Source: a virus
Length of the DNA stretch: 64,000 nt
Direction: 5' to 3' (one strand)
IMG/VR virus record: IMGVR_UViG_3300020172_003394
Span: 22,229 to 86,228 of that record
The notes below the pieces were generated by a model that had not been told where the DNA came from, ran no database searches, and saw only the letters and a program-made list of their open reading frames with translations. The position numbers were made by a program, and so were the translations under genes. This document shows positions 14,694 to 24,296 of this stretch, in pieces (the first letter of the stretch is position 1; every line of letters starts with the position of its first letter).

Positions 14694-15173
14694 ATGACTC
14701 ATTTAGTATTTCGCCCATTCGGGTCAACGGTTTTGAACAATCGGGATAACTTCATCAGCACATTTGATAAGATGTTTGATGAATTTGCCAGAAAAGATTT
14801 CCCTGAGTTTTTCCAACACTTCGGGGCAGAGCCTTTTGGAAAGGCAGCATATCCAAAGGTTAATGTAATTACAAATGACGAGGCTGTAGTTATTGAAGCA
14901 GAACTCGCTGGTTACAAGAAGGATGAAATTGATATTGAGGTCAAGGAAGGGGTCTTGACCATTTCGGGTGGTACATCACAATTGAACGAGCAAACTGATA
15001 AAGTAGTTTATCTTCTACGAGAATTGAAGCGAAGCTCATTCTCTCGATCCTTTAAGCTCGGTGACCAATTGGATGCATCAGAAGTAAATGCAAAGTTTGA
15101 TAATGGGTTACTTACAATCACAATCCAAAAATTGCAAAAGGAGCCAGAGTCGAAAAAGGTTACGATTAAGTAA
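14694..15173 (+). CDS. small heat-shock protein Hsp20
   Basis: YPKVNV...ELAG.KKDEIDIEV..GVLTISG...SFSRSFKL...AKFDNGLLTITI. Confidence 0.95.
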   Translation: MTHLVFRPFGSTVLNNRDNFISTFDKMFDEFARKDFPEFFQHFGAEPFGKAAYPKVNVITNDEAVVIEAELAGYKKDEIDIEVKEGVLTISGGTSQLNEQTDKVVYLLRELKRSSFSRSFKLGDQLDASEVNAKFDNGLLTITIQKLQKEPESKKVTIK

Positions 15174-15196
15174 TAACACTCAACGCAGGAGAGTAT

Positions 15197-15277
15197 ATGT
15201 GCAGTTGTAATAGTGGTGTCTGTACGTGTGGCACCGGATGTACTTGTAGTTGTTGCTTAACCCTCATAGCCGATTAA
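15197..15277 (+). CDS. metallothionein-like Cys-rich peptide (26 aa)
   Basis: AGGAG RBS; MCSCNSGVCTCGTGCTCSCCLTLIAD. Confidence 0.65.
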   Translation: MCSCNSGVCTCGTGCTCSCCLTLIAD

Positions 15278-15339
15278 CAGGAGGTGATCTACATCGGTTA
15301 TGTCTGACTCAAAACCCTAAATATTTAGGAGACATTTAT

Positions 15340-15375
15340 AAACGGGCCGGTCCTATAAAAGCCGGCCCGTTTTTT
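15340..15375 (+). terminator. intrinsic terminator
   Basis: AAACGGGCCGG/CCGGCCCGTTT plus T-tract. Confidence 0.8.
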
Positions 15376-15387
15376 CTTGGAGTATAT

Positions 15388-16467
15388 ATGAGTAAATTTT
15401 TTAATTTCAAAACACTCGTTTCGTTGACAGCACTAACGATTGCAGCAACTGCAGCATTATTTTCAATTACAGGTATTGGAACATTATTTGCTGGTGCGGC
15501 ATTGTCTGCGATGGTAATGGCCGGCGCTTTAGAATTAGGTAAACTGGTAGGTATTTCGTTTTTATATAGATACTGGAAAGAACTTCCATTTACATTAAAA
15601 AGTTATATGTCAATAGCCAGTATCGTATTAATTATTATTACATCGGCGGGCATTTACGGATATCTATCATCCGCATATGCAAAAGTTGCAGCCGACCCGC
15701 TTCGTATGAACGCAGAAGTGCAAATCTTGAATTCGCAAGCGGCAACACTTGATGAAGAAATCAAACGAAAAACTACTCGCTTAGACCAAATTATTACATT
15801 GCGTGGGCAGCAAGAAAATCGTATTGATAGTTTAATCGTGAGAAGTACAACAGGCAATACCACAACAATCCGTAATGCACAAAATCAATTAACAGAATTA
15901 AGCAGAACGGCAACAACCCTCCAACGTGAAATCAATCAATCCTCCGCTCAACGAGACAGTTTAAAAGCTAAAAGTTTGACTACAGACGTTGCAATCACTA
16001 CTAATTCAGATATCGGAACCTTCGTATATATTTCCCGTGCAATCGGAGTGGAACTTGATACCGTAGTTAAATGGTTTATATTAGTCATTGTATTGGTGTT
16101 TGACCCACTTTCTATCTGTCTTGTATTAGCATATAATTTTTTACAGAAGCGTGGTGACGTTGTACAAGAACCTAAAAAATTATCTATTTTTAACGAAGCC
16201 CCACCAGAACCTACCCCCGAGGTGGCGGAGGAAAAGATAATCGTTCCTGAACCAATTGTGCAAGAAGAAACGATGATAAAACGTGAAGAAACGGAACTAG
16301 TTCAACCAGTTGAACCAGAAGAGCCCGTTGTGGAAGAACGTAGAGTAATACCATTTAATAATGGTGATTTTAATGAAGATGACCCATTCCCACAATATAT
16401 GACGAAGGCCGAAACAGAAGAAGTTTTAGAAAATTGGTGGGCAAAAAGAAATGGTCTTAAAAAATAA
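15388..16467 (+). CDS. membrane protein with coiled-coil and acidic tail
   Basis: N-terminal TMs (GIYGYLS), coiled coil, VLVFDPL. Confidence 0.75.
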   Translation: MSKFFNFKTLVSLTALTIAATAALFSITGIGTLFAGAALSAMVMAGALELGKLVGISFLYRYWKELPFTLKSYMSIASIVLIIITSAGIYGYLSSAYAKVAADPLRMNAEVQILNSQAATLDEEIKRKTTRLDQIITLRGQQENRIDSLIVRSTTGNTTTIRNAQNQLTELSRTATTLQREINQSSAQRDSLKAKSLTTDVAITTNSDIGTFVYISRAIGVELDTVVKWFILVIVLVFDPLSICLVLAYNFLQKRGDVVQEPKKLSIFNEAPPEPTPEVAEEKIIVPEPIVQEETMIKREETELVQPVEPEEPVVEERRVIPFNNGDFNEDDPFPQYMTKAETEEVLENWWAKRNGLKK

Positions 16468-16482
16468 TATTTAATACGGGAC

Positions 16483-16511
16483 TTGACAAATATAGAAATT
16501 AGTGTTATTAT
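16483..16511 (+). promoter_or_regulatory. sigma70-type promoter
   Basis: TTGACA-N17-TATTAT. Confidence 0.75.
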
Positions 16512-16536
16512 TATACATCTCTAACAAGGGTATAAT

Positions 16537-17433
16537 ATGCCGCATCAAGTCGGTTATTGTTGTATCAATCTTACACTACAAAAAACTCGTAAGATTACTA
16601 CTAATCGCGGTATGATACAGCGCACCTTTTTGGAGCGTGGTGTCAAATATGCGTCAGAACTGGCATTGCAGAACGCCAAAGACTTAGTGGAGATTATCAA
16701 GTGGAACGCACAGAATGGTGTCAAAGTGTTCCGACTATCCTCCGATTTATTTCCGTGGAACTCCAAATACAAACTCGTAGACCTTCCAGACTACGACAAG
16801 ATTAGTCAATATTTACTTGCCGCTGGTGCGATGGCGTATAACACTGGTCAGCGTATCACTGCACATCCTGATCACTTTGTTAAGTTGGGTTCACTCAAAC
16901 CCGAAGTTGTTGACAATGCTATTCACGACCTTGAACATCATTCCGAGGTGTTTGACTTGATGGGGTTGGCGGTGTCACATTACAACTGCCTTAATATCCA
17001 CGTTGGTATGAACTACGACACCGATACGATTGACCGATGGGTTCGTGCATTTGATAGACTTTCTGACAACTGCAAAAAGCGATTGGTGGTCGAGAACGAC
17101 GATAAGGGAAACGCATTCTCTGTTAAGCAGCTCCATCGTGAGATTACTTCTCGTACTGGAGTCCCCTTGACTTTTGACTATTTTCACCATACATTTCATC
17201 AAGATGGAATGTCCTCTACCGATGCCGCGCACCTTGCTGCATCTACGTGGGACACCAAACCACTATTTCATTATAGCGAGTCTAAGAATTTGAACGAGAG
17301 TGTTTCTGGTAATCCACGGGCACACGCTGATTATGTATTTCGTAGTATTGATGACTACGGACTTGATATTGACATTGACTTAGAAGCTAAGGCTAAAGAA
17401 CTTGCATTACTCAAATATCGGGAGTTGTTATGA
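16537..17433 (+). CDS. uvsE: UV-damage endonuclease
   Basis: GYCCIN, FRLSSDLFPW, HPDHF, LVVENDD, FDYFHH, HAD, EAKAKE. Confidence 0.95.
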   Translation: MPHQVGYCCINLTLQKTRKITTNRGMIQRTFLERGVKYASELALQNAKDLVEIIKWNAQNGVKVFRLSSDLFPWNSKYKLVDLPDYDKISQYLLAAGAMAYNTGQRITAHPDHFVKLGSLKPEVVDNAIHDLEHHSEVFDLMGLAVSHYNCLNIHVGMNYDTDTIDRWVRAFDRLSDNCKKRLVVENDDKGNAFSVKQLHREITSRTGVPLTFDYFHHTFHQDGMSSTDAAHLAASTWDTKPLFHYSESKNLNESVSGNPRAHADYVFRSIDDYGLDIDIDLEAKAKELALLKYRELL

Positions 17434-18056
17434 TAAGTTTCGCAATCACAACACACAATGAAGGACACTATATTCAGCACCTACTGGACCAGCTCGTTCC
17501 CCACTGTGAAAAGACAGGGGATGAGATTGTTGTGGTGGATGATCATTCTACAGATTCATTTACCTCACAGATATTATATGGGTATGAAGAGCAGGATAAA
17601 ATTAAATTGTATAGTCATGCACTAAACAACGATTTTGCCGCACATAAAAATTATCTCAATTCTGTGTGTGATGGAGACTATATTTTCCAAGTAGATGCGG
17701 ATGAAAAATTTCACGATAATCTCTTGACTTATTTACATGATATCGTGTATAATAATACTAACGTAGATTTGTTTTTAATTCCTCGTATTAATGTTGTTGC
17801 TGGTTTGACCGACGACGATATGCGTAGATGGGGATGGGTTATAGATGAAAAGGGTTGGGTAATGTTCCCAGACTATCAGACTCGTTTATATAGAAACGTA
17901 GAAAATATTAAGTGGGAAGGAAAGGTGCATGAACGGATTGTAGGATACCAAACACACGCACCACTTCCAGCAGAAGAAGAATGGAGTTTGTATCATATCA
18001 AGGACATCAAGAGACAGCGGGAGCAAAACGCATATTATGACACAATTACACGGTAA
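17430..18056 (+). CDS. glycosyltransferase family 2
   Basis: ISFAITTHNE...VVDDHSTD...QVDADE...VHE. Confidence 0.9.
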   Translation: MISFAITTHNEGHYIQHLLDQLVPHCEKTGDEIVVVDDHSTDSFTSQILYGYEEQDKIKLYSHALNNDFAAHKNYLNSVCDGDYIFQVDADEKFHDNLLTYLHDIVYNNTNVDLFLIPRINVVAGLTDDDMRRWGWVIDEKGWVMFPDYQTRLYRNVENIKWEGKVHERIVGYQTHAPLPAEEEWSLYHIKDIKRQREQNAYYDTITR

Positions 18057-19089
18057 GCAAGCACTCACCTACGATGATATAAATTTAATTCCATCGTTTT
18101 CGAGTATTGAATCACGTAACACAATTGACCTATCTACACAACTTACGACTAATTATAAGATCAGAATTCCATTAATTGCGTCACCAATGGATACGGTATG
18201 TGATAGTGAAATGGCAATCGCAATGGAAGAACTTGGTGGAGTTGGTATTATCCACAGATTTATGTCTATTGAAGAACAATCCAAGGAAGTTAGTAGGGTG
18301 TTTCTACATACGCATATCATTGGTAGATGGGTCTTTAACGGAATTCCACAGAGAGTTCCCGTATCTGCCGCAATCGGAGCAAACGGTGACTATCTAGAAC
18401 GAGCACAGGAGTTGACAAAGCAAGGTGCTAATGTTATACTAATAGATGTGGCTCATGGATATCATAAGTTTGTGATGGAGGCAATTCGTAATTTGAAGAA
18501 AACACTTCCGTCACACGTTGATATCATCGCAGGAAATGTGGCAACGGGAGACGCAGCATATAACTTACAGGATGCAGGAGCAGATGCAATCCGTGTTGGT
18601 ATCGGTGGTGGGTCACTTTGCACTACTCGTATTAAGACTGGTTTTGGTGTTCCAAATGTGACTTCACTCCAAGATTGTGCACAAGATGTGAGTGTTCCTA
18701 TTATCGCATGTGGTGGTATTCGGTCAAGTGGTGATATTGCAAAAGCGTTGGGAGTTGGAGCAAGTTCAGTAATCCTTGGGTCACTCATCGCAGGAACGAA
18801 AGAAGCGCCTGGAGCAATTCTTGAAAAGAACAATGGGTTGTATAAGCGGTATCGTGGAGCCGCATCGTTGGAAACGAAGAGTATTCACGGTCAAGCAAAG
18901 AGAAATGTGGAAGGAGAATCCACAGTTGTTCCGTTTAAGGGTGGTGTAAAGTTCATCGTAGAGGGTTTGTTGGATGGAGTACGGTCAGCATTGTCGTATG
19001 CAGGAGCAAACAATCTCGGTGAATATTTCCCAGAATATGTTGTCGTGACTCAAGCTGGAGTAAATGAGGCAAGACCACATATTCTCTAA
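18037..19089 (+). CDS. IMP dehydrogenase / GMP reductase family (CBS-less)
   Basis: SPMDTV, IDVAHG, GNVAT, VGIGGGSLCTTR. Confidence 0.93.
   Translation: MTQLHGKQALTYDDINLIPSFSSIESRNTIDLSTQLTTNYKIRIPLIASPMDTVCDSEMAIAMEELGGVGIIHRFMSIEEQSKEVSRVFLHTHIIGRWVFNGIPQRVPVSAAIGANGDYLERAQELTKQGANVILIDVAHGYHKFVMEAIRNLKKTLPSHVDIIAGNVATGDAAYNLQDAGADAIRVGIGGGSLCTTRIKTGFGVPNVTSLQDCAQDVSVPIIACGGIRSSGDIAKALGVGASSVILGSLIAGTKEAPGAILEKNNGLYKRYRGAASLETKSIHGQAKRNVEGESTVVPFKGGVKFIVEGLLDGVRSALSYAGANNLGEYFPEYVVVTQAGVNEARPHIL
18412..18440 (+). promoter_or_regulatory. intragenic sigma70-type promoter
   Basis: TTGACA-N17-TATACT. Confidence 0.55.
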
Positions 19090-19102
19090 ACAGGAGAATA
19101 GT

Positions 19103-19627
19103 ATGAAAAACTTAATAACCGTTTTCGCTACACTAACGATTCTTTTGATGTTAAAAGTAAACGAAGATGTCCATATACCTAACCGAATTGTTCGGTCAGA
19201 ACCAACCGAATTAGAAAAGTTTCTTACCCATATGGCACAACGGGAAAGTGATAACACTCTGCATGTGGTCAATAGATTTGGAATGCTGGGAAAATATCAA
19301 TTTCATCCCAATACTATTAAAGGTCTTGGATTTAATGTCACACAAAAAGAGTTTCTATCTAATGCAGAATTGCAAGATTCTGTGATGGTGGCGTATCTAC
19401 GAGCAAATAATGAAGAATTAAAAACACTAATCACTAAATACGAAAATAAAATTATTAAGGGTGTGAAAGTTACACGGTCAGGTGTATTGGCAGCTGCGCA
19501 TTTGGCGGGTTCTACAAATGTGAAGCTATATTTCCAAAACTCGGATTTGAATGGACGAACAGATGCAAACGGTACGAGTATTCGTGAGTATATGCAGACA
19601 TTTTCAATGTACATTCTAAATTTATAA
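19103..19627 (+). CDS. lysozyme-like/transglycosylase protein
   Basis: RES...N.FG.LGKYQF...LAAAHLAG...DANGT; N-terminal hydrophobic anchor. Confidence 0.75.
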   Translation: MKNLITVFATLTILLMLKVNEDVHIPNRIVRSEPTELEKFLTHMAQRESDNTLHVVNRFGMLGKYQFHPNTIKGLGFNVTQKEFLSNAELQDSVMVAYLRANNEELKTLITKYENKIIKGVKVTRSGVLAAAHLAGSTNVKLYFQNSDLNGRTDANGTSIREYMQTFSMYILNL

Positions 19628-19642
19628 CTTAAAAACAATACG

Positions 19643-19921
19643 ATGATATTAATATTAGTAATCAGTATTTCATTAAATTTGGCGTTCGGTTATGCAAGTT
19701 GGAATCTTTTGCGTAAGAACGAAGTTATGGAAGATGCCATTGATATCTTTTACACCCGTTTGGACAAGACACTACAAACTATGCGGGCTATCGATACACG
19801 ACAAATTTTTGAAAAGGACGACGAAGTGGGGTCAGTTTTTCAACAAATTGTTGATACAGTAAATGATTTACGCCCGCTCCTATATGGGAGTAATATAGAA
19901 AATGGGAAGAACGAAAGTTAA
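19643..19921 (+). CDS. membrane-anchored hypothetical protein
   Basis: N-terminal TM; FEKDDEVG. Confidence 0.7.
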   Translation: MILILVISISLNLAFGYASWNLLRKNEVMEDAIDIFYTRLDKTLQTMRAIDTRQIFEKDDEVGSVFQQIVDTVNDLRPLLYGSNIENGKNES

Positions 19922-20639
19922 GTTAGGTAAAGTCTACTTTACGCAAGAAACAGAAGATGCAATTATCAAATACAACCAAAGTGATGATGTGGAAGAAAGA
20001 GAATATCTATATCGTGAGTATATTTGGGCACCATTCGATAAATTGGCAGAAAATGTAATCAACAGATTTAAGTTCCCATATATGGAAGGCTCTTTTGACG
20101 ATATTAAGTCAGAAGTAGTCTCCTTTTTGGTTATCAATCTGCATAAATTTGCTAGTGGGAAAGGAAAAGCATTCTCATACTTTAGTGTGATTGCAAAAAA
20201 TTATCTTATATTACATAATAACAACGCATACAAAGAAGAAAAGAGGTCAGTGTATCTTGGTGATAAGACCGATGAGACATTTTCATTAGAAGAAATCCTT
20301 GTATCAGAACCAGAAGAGCACGAAATTAAGAGTGACATGCGAGATTTTATTCATCTCCTTGTGCAATATTGGGACTTCAATACCACTAAGATTTTTAAGA
20401 AGAAGCGAGATATAGAAATCGCTAATGCAGTGGTTGAACTTCTTCGTAGAGTTGATAATATCGACAATTTTAACAAAAAAGCTCTCTACTTAATGATTAG
20501 AGAGATGACGAATCACAAAACATCCCATATCACTAAGGTTATCAATAAGATGCGGGCACACGTTTTGGTCCAAATGAACGAATTTAGACGAACAGGACAT
20601 ATTTCCGACCCATCCGCATATTTTACGTATAAAAAATAG
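19902..20639 (+). CDS. phage late-transcription sigma factor (gp55-like)
   Basis: KF..GKGKAFSYFSVIAKNYL resembles sigma region 2. Confidence 0.65.
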   Translation: MGRTKVKLGKVYFTQETEDAIIKYNQSDDVEEREYLYREYIWAPFDKLAENVINRFKFPYMEGSFDDIKSEVVSFLVINLHKFASGKGKAFSYFSVIAKNYLILHNNNAYKEEKRSVYLGDKTDETFSLEEILVSEPEEHEIKSDMRDFIHLLVQYWDFNTTKIFKKKRDIEIANAVVELLRRVDNIDNFNKKALYLMIREMTNHKTSHITKVINKMRAHVLVQMNEFRRTGHISDPSAYFTYKK

Positions 20640-20675
20640 CCTCTAACTATTTATATTGTAGTAACTTGGAGGTTA
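20637..20675 (+). promoter_or_regulatory. late promoter inside an RBS-sequestering hairpin
   Basis: TAGCCTCTAA/TTGGAGGTTA with TATTTATA at 20648-20655. Confidence 0.6.
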
Positions 20676-20677
20676 TA

Positions 20678-21073
20678 ATGAGTTTAGACAAGGAAATATT
20701 TGACGGAAAGACCCTTTCGGACCTCTTTTCGGAAATCTACAAAAATTCAGACTCTAAAAGACAACAAATCAATCAGTATGTGTCTAGTATGGTGAAGCTT
20801 ATTCGTACACCAGAAGACGCCGCGATTATTGGTCCTGTAATCAAGGACTTTATTGAGGTGAACGTCAAAAATGACGAACACCTCATTCGCATTGCCCAAA
20901 TCGCACAACGATTGGTTGGTGCTGTAACTAAGGGTGAATCAATTGATGGATTGTTGTCCGAAGCTGAAAAACAAGCACTCTTGGGTGACTTGAAAATGGA
21001 AGTAGAAAAGATGGAAGATGAAGGTAAAGAAATAGAAGAGGACATCTTCGCAATATCCACGAGAATCAAGTAA
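20678..21073 (+). CDS. hypothetical phage protein
   Basis: GGAGG RBS; first gene of late block. Confidence 0.75.
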   Translation: MSLDKEIFDGKTLSDLFSEIYKNSDSKRQQINQYVSSMVKLIRTPEDAAIIGPVIKDFIEVNVKNDEHLIRIAQIAQRLVGAVTKGESIDGLLSEAEKQALLGDLKMEVEKMEDEGKEIEEDIFAISTRIK

Positions 21074-22593
21074 TGCCAGGCATAGGATTTAGAACATCTG
21101 TTAGTAATAAAGCAGCAACGTTGTTACCTGGAGGACCAGGTTCACAACCAATGCCAACTACAGATTTCTTTATCTATGAAGCGGCACAAGTTGAAGAAAT
21201 CGTACAAAACGAAGCTAGTAATTTGTCATCAACAACTAGCACTACAGCTAATACAGGAAGAGTAAAAATACGGTTTATTAATACGGGTAAAGGTACCAAT
21301 AGTAGTGAACTTGATTGGGCTGATCCACTACTACCGCATCAAACTATGCCACCATTGATTGGTGAATATGTTCTTGTATTTAAAATGTTGGGAACATATT
21401 TTTATGTCGGACCAATTAACACCAAACGACAAATTACAGAAAATGCACATCCACTACTTGGTTTGGCAGCTAGTCAACCAACCAATCAACTATTCAAAAA
21501 TCAAAGAAAAACAGCACTTGGTGTATTAACACAAGCAACACCAAATATTAATAAAGTTGGTACAAATTTTAAAAAACAAAAGATTAATCCATTAAAGTCA
21601 TTCGAAGGTGATATTATTTACCAAGGACGATACGGACAATCCATTCGGTTTGGTAGCAGCCAGATGGTTGGCTCTTCGTTGGGTGAACAATTTCCAAATA
21701 TTATTCTTCGTGCAGGACAAGGACCAGATACAGCAAAAACAACGGATGATAAAGGTGAATCCTCGTTAACAAACGAGTCTATCAACCAAGATGCTAGTTC
21801 AATTTATCTAGTCGCAAAACAAATTTTAGGATTGATACCCGCGACATACGGAACTAATATTCATCTCAGTTCTTTGCTAGAAAAACCATTTGCATTTGAT
21901 GGTGCGTCTATATTGTTGAATTCTGATAGAGTGATACTTAACTCCAAAGCAACATCAATTTTTATGTTTGCTAGAAAAGGTATTCATCTTAATTCCTTAG
22001 AAGATGGTGTCACGGTAGACACTGCCGGCCCGATTCTATTTAAGACACCAAACAACATATCGATTTTTGGTGAAAAAACAGTAGACGTTACAAGTAAAGA
22101 AGATGGATTATTTATTGCTAAACGAGATGTTAATATTAGTGGTGATAGAAACGTTACACTATATGGTAATGAAATTTTCTTAGGTGGTAGAAGTGCACAA
22201 GCATCACCGATTGTTATGGCAAAACCATTGAAGTTATTTCTATTGGAATTGTTGAGAACGTTAATGTCAACGTCACCTCTAGTGGTGGGACCATTTGGAT
22301 TAATAAATCCAGCATTAATTGCAAGATTGTTGATAGTATACTCAAAGTATATGGTATTTCCTGACCCATTCAATCCGTTGTGGGCATCAAATGATAATTT
22401 CGTGATGAAAACCAACGAACAAACAATGAGTGGACCAACATACCTACCAGCAAATCAATCATTTAAGCAGGTTAGTGGATTGGGCACTCGTAGTTCGGCT
22501 GATGCAGCAAGATTCGCTAGAAACGAAGTAGATAACGCGGGATTACAGCAAGCACGTAAATTATTTGATGATGAACTCGTAGCGAAGTTATAA
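21073..22593 (+). CDS. baseplate hub/spike-like (gp5-related) protein
   Basis: PLIGEYV OB-like N-terminus, GDIIYQGRYGQSIRF, beta-repeat region. Confidence 0.55.
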   Translation: MPGIGFRTSVSNKAATLLPGGPGSQPMPTTDFFIYEAAQVEEIVQNEASNLSSTTSTTANTGRVKIRFINTGKGTNSSELDWADPLLPHQTMPPLIGEYVLVFKMLGTYFYVGPINTKRQITENAHPLLGLAASQPTNQLFKNQRKTALGVLTQATPNINKVGTNFKKQKINPLKSFEGDIIYQGRYGQSIRFGSSQMVGSSLGEQFPNIILRAGQGPDTAKTTDDKGESSLTNESINQDASSIYLVAKQILGLIPATYGTNIHLSSLLEKPFAFDGASILLNSDRVILNSKATSIFMFARKGIHLNSLEDGVTVDTAGPILFKTPNNISIFGEKTVDVTSKEDGLFIAKRDVNISGDRNVTLYGNEIFLGGRSAQASPIVMAKPLKLFLLELLRTLMSTSPLVVGPFGLINPALIARLLIVYSKYMVFPDPFNPLWASNDNFVMKTNEQTMSGPTYLPANQSFKQVSGLGTRSSADAARFARNEVDNAGLQQARKLFDDELVAKL

Positions 22594-22594
22594 T

Positions 22595-24256
22595 ATGTCA
22601 TTTTTTAAAGAAGAGTATTTTCAATCGTATATAAAAAGTGCTACCAATTCTCTAAGTGGTAATATAACTTCCATTGCCCAAATTCCACGAGATGTTCCAC
22701 TAGAAACTTTAATAGCACTCACGGCATACCGACCACAAATTATACAAGGAACAGTATTACAAAAAAACACACAAACTAGCGAAGCGGTCAGCAAAGCAAC
22801 AGAACTACGACTTCAACAAACTGGTTTGTTTACAAATAATTTACAAAATTTTAGACCTTCTATTTCTCGACGAGCTATACAACGTAGACGAGGTAACGGT
22901 CAACGTGTACCATTAAATCCAAGAGAACGGATATTACGTGGATTAGACCCAAGAACTAGACAATTGGTTCGAGAGTTAGAAGATTTACGTATATTAAAAC
23001 AATTGCAAGATAGATTACAACAGCAAACAGATAGATTAGAGCAACAAATTAACAAATACACATCTATATTTAATGCTCTAGTAAATGCACCCGATGCGCT
23101 GGTATCTGCGGGACTTACATTTTTAATCAACAAAATAGATCAATTAGAACAACTGTATAATGCGGCAAAAGCTGTATTTGAGTTAGTTAAGAAAGCTGCC
23201 GAAAATACCAAAAAAGCTATTCTCAAAGCTTTGTTTAAAGACATTCCACAATTTAGAAAAAACGTGAGAAAAGCAATTGATGTATTGCGAAGAATTTTGA
23301 AATTACGAGAAATTCCCAGAATAGTAAAATTTCCAAAATTTCCAAAACTACCAACAATAAATCTAACGTTCTCTAATTTTTACGCAAAATATAAATTAGC
23401 GTTAAATAGTTTAAAAAATAAAAACAGTTTATTTTATGATAGAGCATATTCGACTGCATTACAACAATCTGGTTTTGAAATTTTTGATCCAAACAAAGAT
23501 AAAATTCAACGCGGATTAGCAAAAGCAAGAAATTCATTACGTCAAGTACGAGCAGATTTTCAAGCTAAGCAAGCGATACGAACTGCCGCCGTGGACCGCG
23601 CAAGAAATCAACTTATTGATAATGTAAGACAAACAAATAGAACTGTTGAACGTGAACGTCAAAATATATTAAAACAATATCAAAATGCAAAAACTGCAGG
23701 ACAACGTGCAGGTGATCGCGCACGATCAACAGTTGATCGCACACGTGATAACATTGCTGACTTAGCAAATAGAACTACTGCGCGAGTAACCGCAAATCTT
23801 GGTGGAATAGTATCCGCAGTGAATACAGCAAACAATTTGTTTACTTCGGCTGGGACGTTGGTTGGTGGACTTAATAACGATGTAATTAAACTTGAATTAA
23901 CAAGAAATTTGGTACAAGAAGCACAAACAGCCAATCAAATTGCACAACAAGTACAACAAACACCACCGCAAATTTCGTCACTATCCACAATACAACAAAC
24001 CGAAGTCTTCGTTAATGAACAAACTAAAACAATCACTACAGTCTCACGCAGATTACGTCCAAGTGATGCAGTAAATGAAGTAGAGTTATTAAACAGACGA
24101 CGAGCACAACAAATTGGATATGTTGGACAACTGAGTGTAGATGGTACTCAACCTATACCAAAACGTCTTAATGGACAAACCTTCTTTGAAGCAAGACTTA
24201 CAATAACCTACGAATCGCAAGTTACGGTACCAACAGGCAGTGCAGTTATTGTATAA
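22595..24256 (+). CDS. hypothetical helical virion protein
   Basis: 553-aa ORF in structural block. Confidence 0.65.
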   Translation: MSFFKEEYFQSYIKSATNSLSGNITSIAQIPRDVPLETLIALTAYRPQIIQGTVLQKNTQTSEAVSKATELRLQQTGLFTNNLQNFRPSISRRAIQRRRGNGQRVPLNPRERILRGLDPRTRQLVRELEDLRILKQLQDRLQQQTDRLEQQINKYTSIFNALVNAPDALVSAGLTFLINKIDQLEQLYNAAKAVFELVKKAAENTKKAILKALFKDIPQFRKNVRKAIDVLRRILKLREIPRIVKFPKFPKLPTINLTFSNFYAKYKLALNSLKNKNSLFYDRAYSTALQQSGFEIFDPNKDKIQRGLAKARNSLRQVRADFQAKQAIRTAAVDRARNQLIDNVRQTNRTVERERQNILKQYQNAKTAGQRAGDRARSTVDRTRDNIADLANRTTARVTANLGGIVSAVNTANNLFTSAGTLVGGLNNDVIKLELTRNLVQEAQTANQIAQQVQQTPPQISSLSTIQQTEVFVNEQTKTITTVSRRLRPSDAVNEVELLNRRRAQQIGYVGQLSVDGTQPIPKRLNGQTFFEARLTITYESQVTVPTGSAVIV

Positions 24257-24296
24257 AACTGGTTTAAATCATAGTTTTTTGATATTTAAATAGAGG

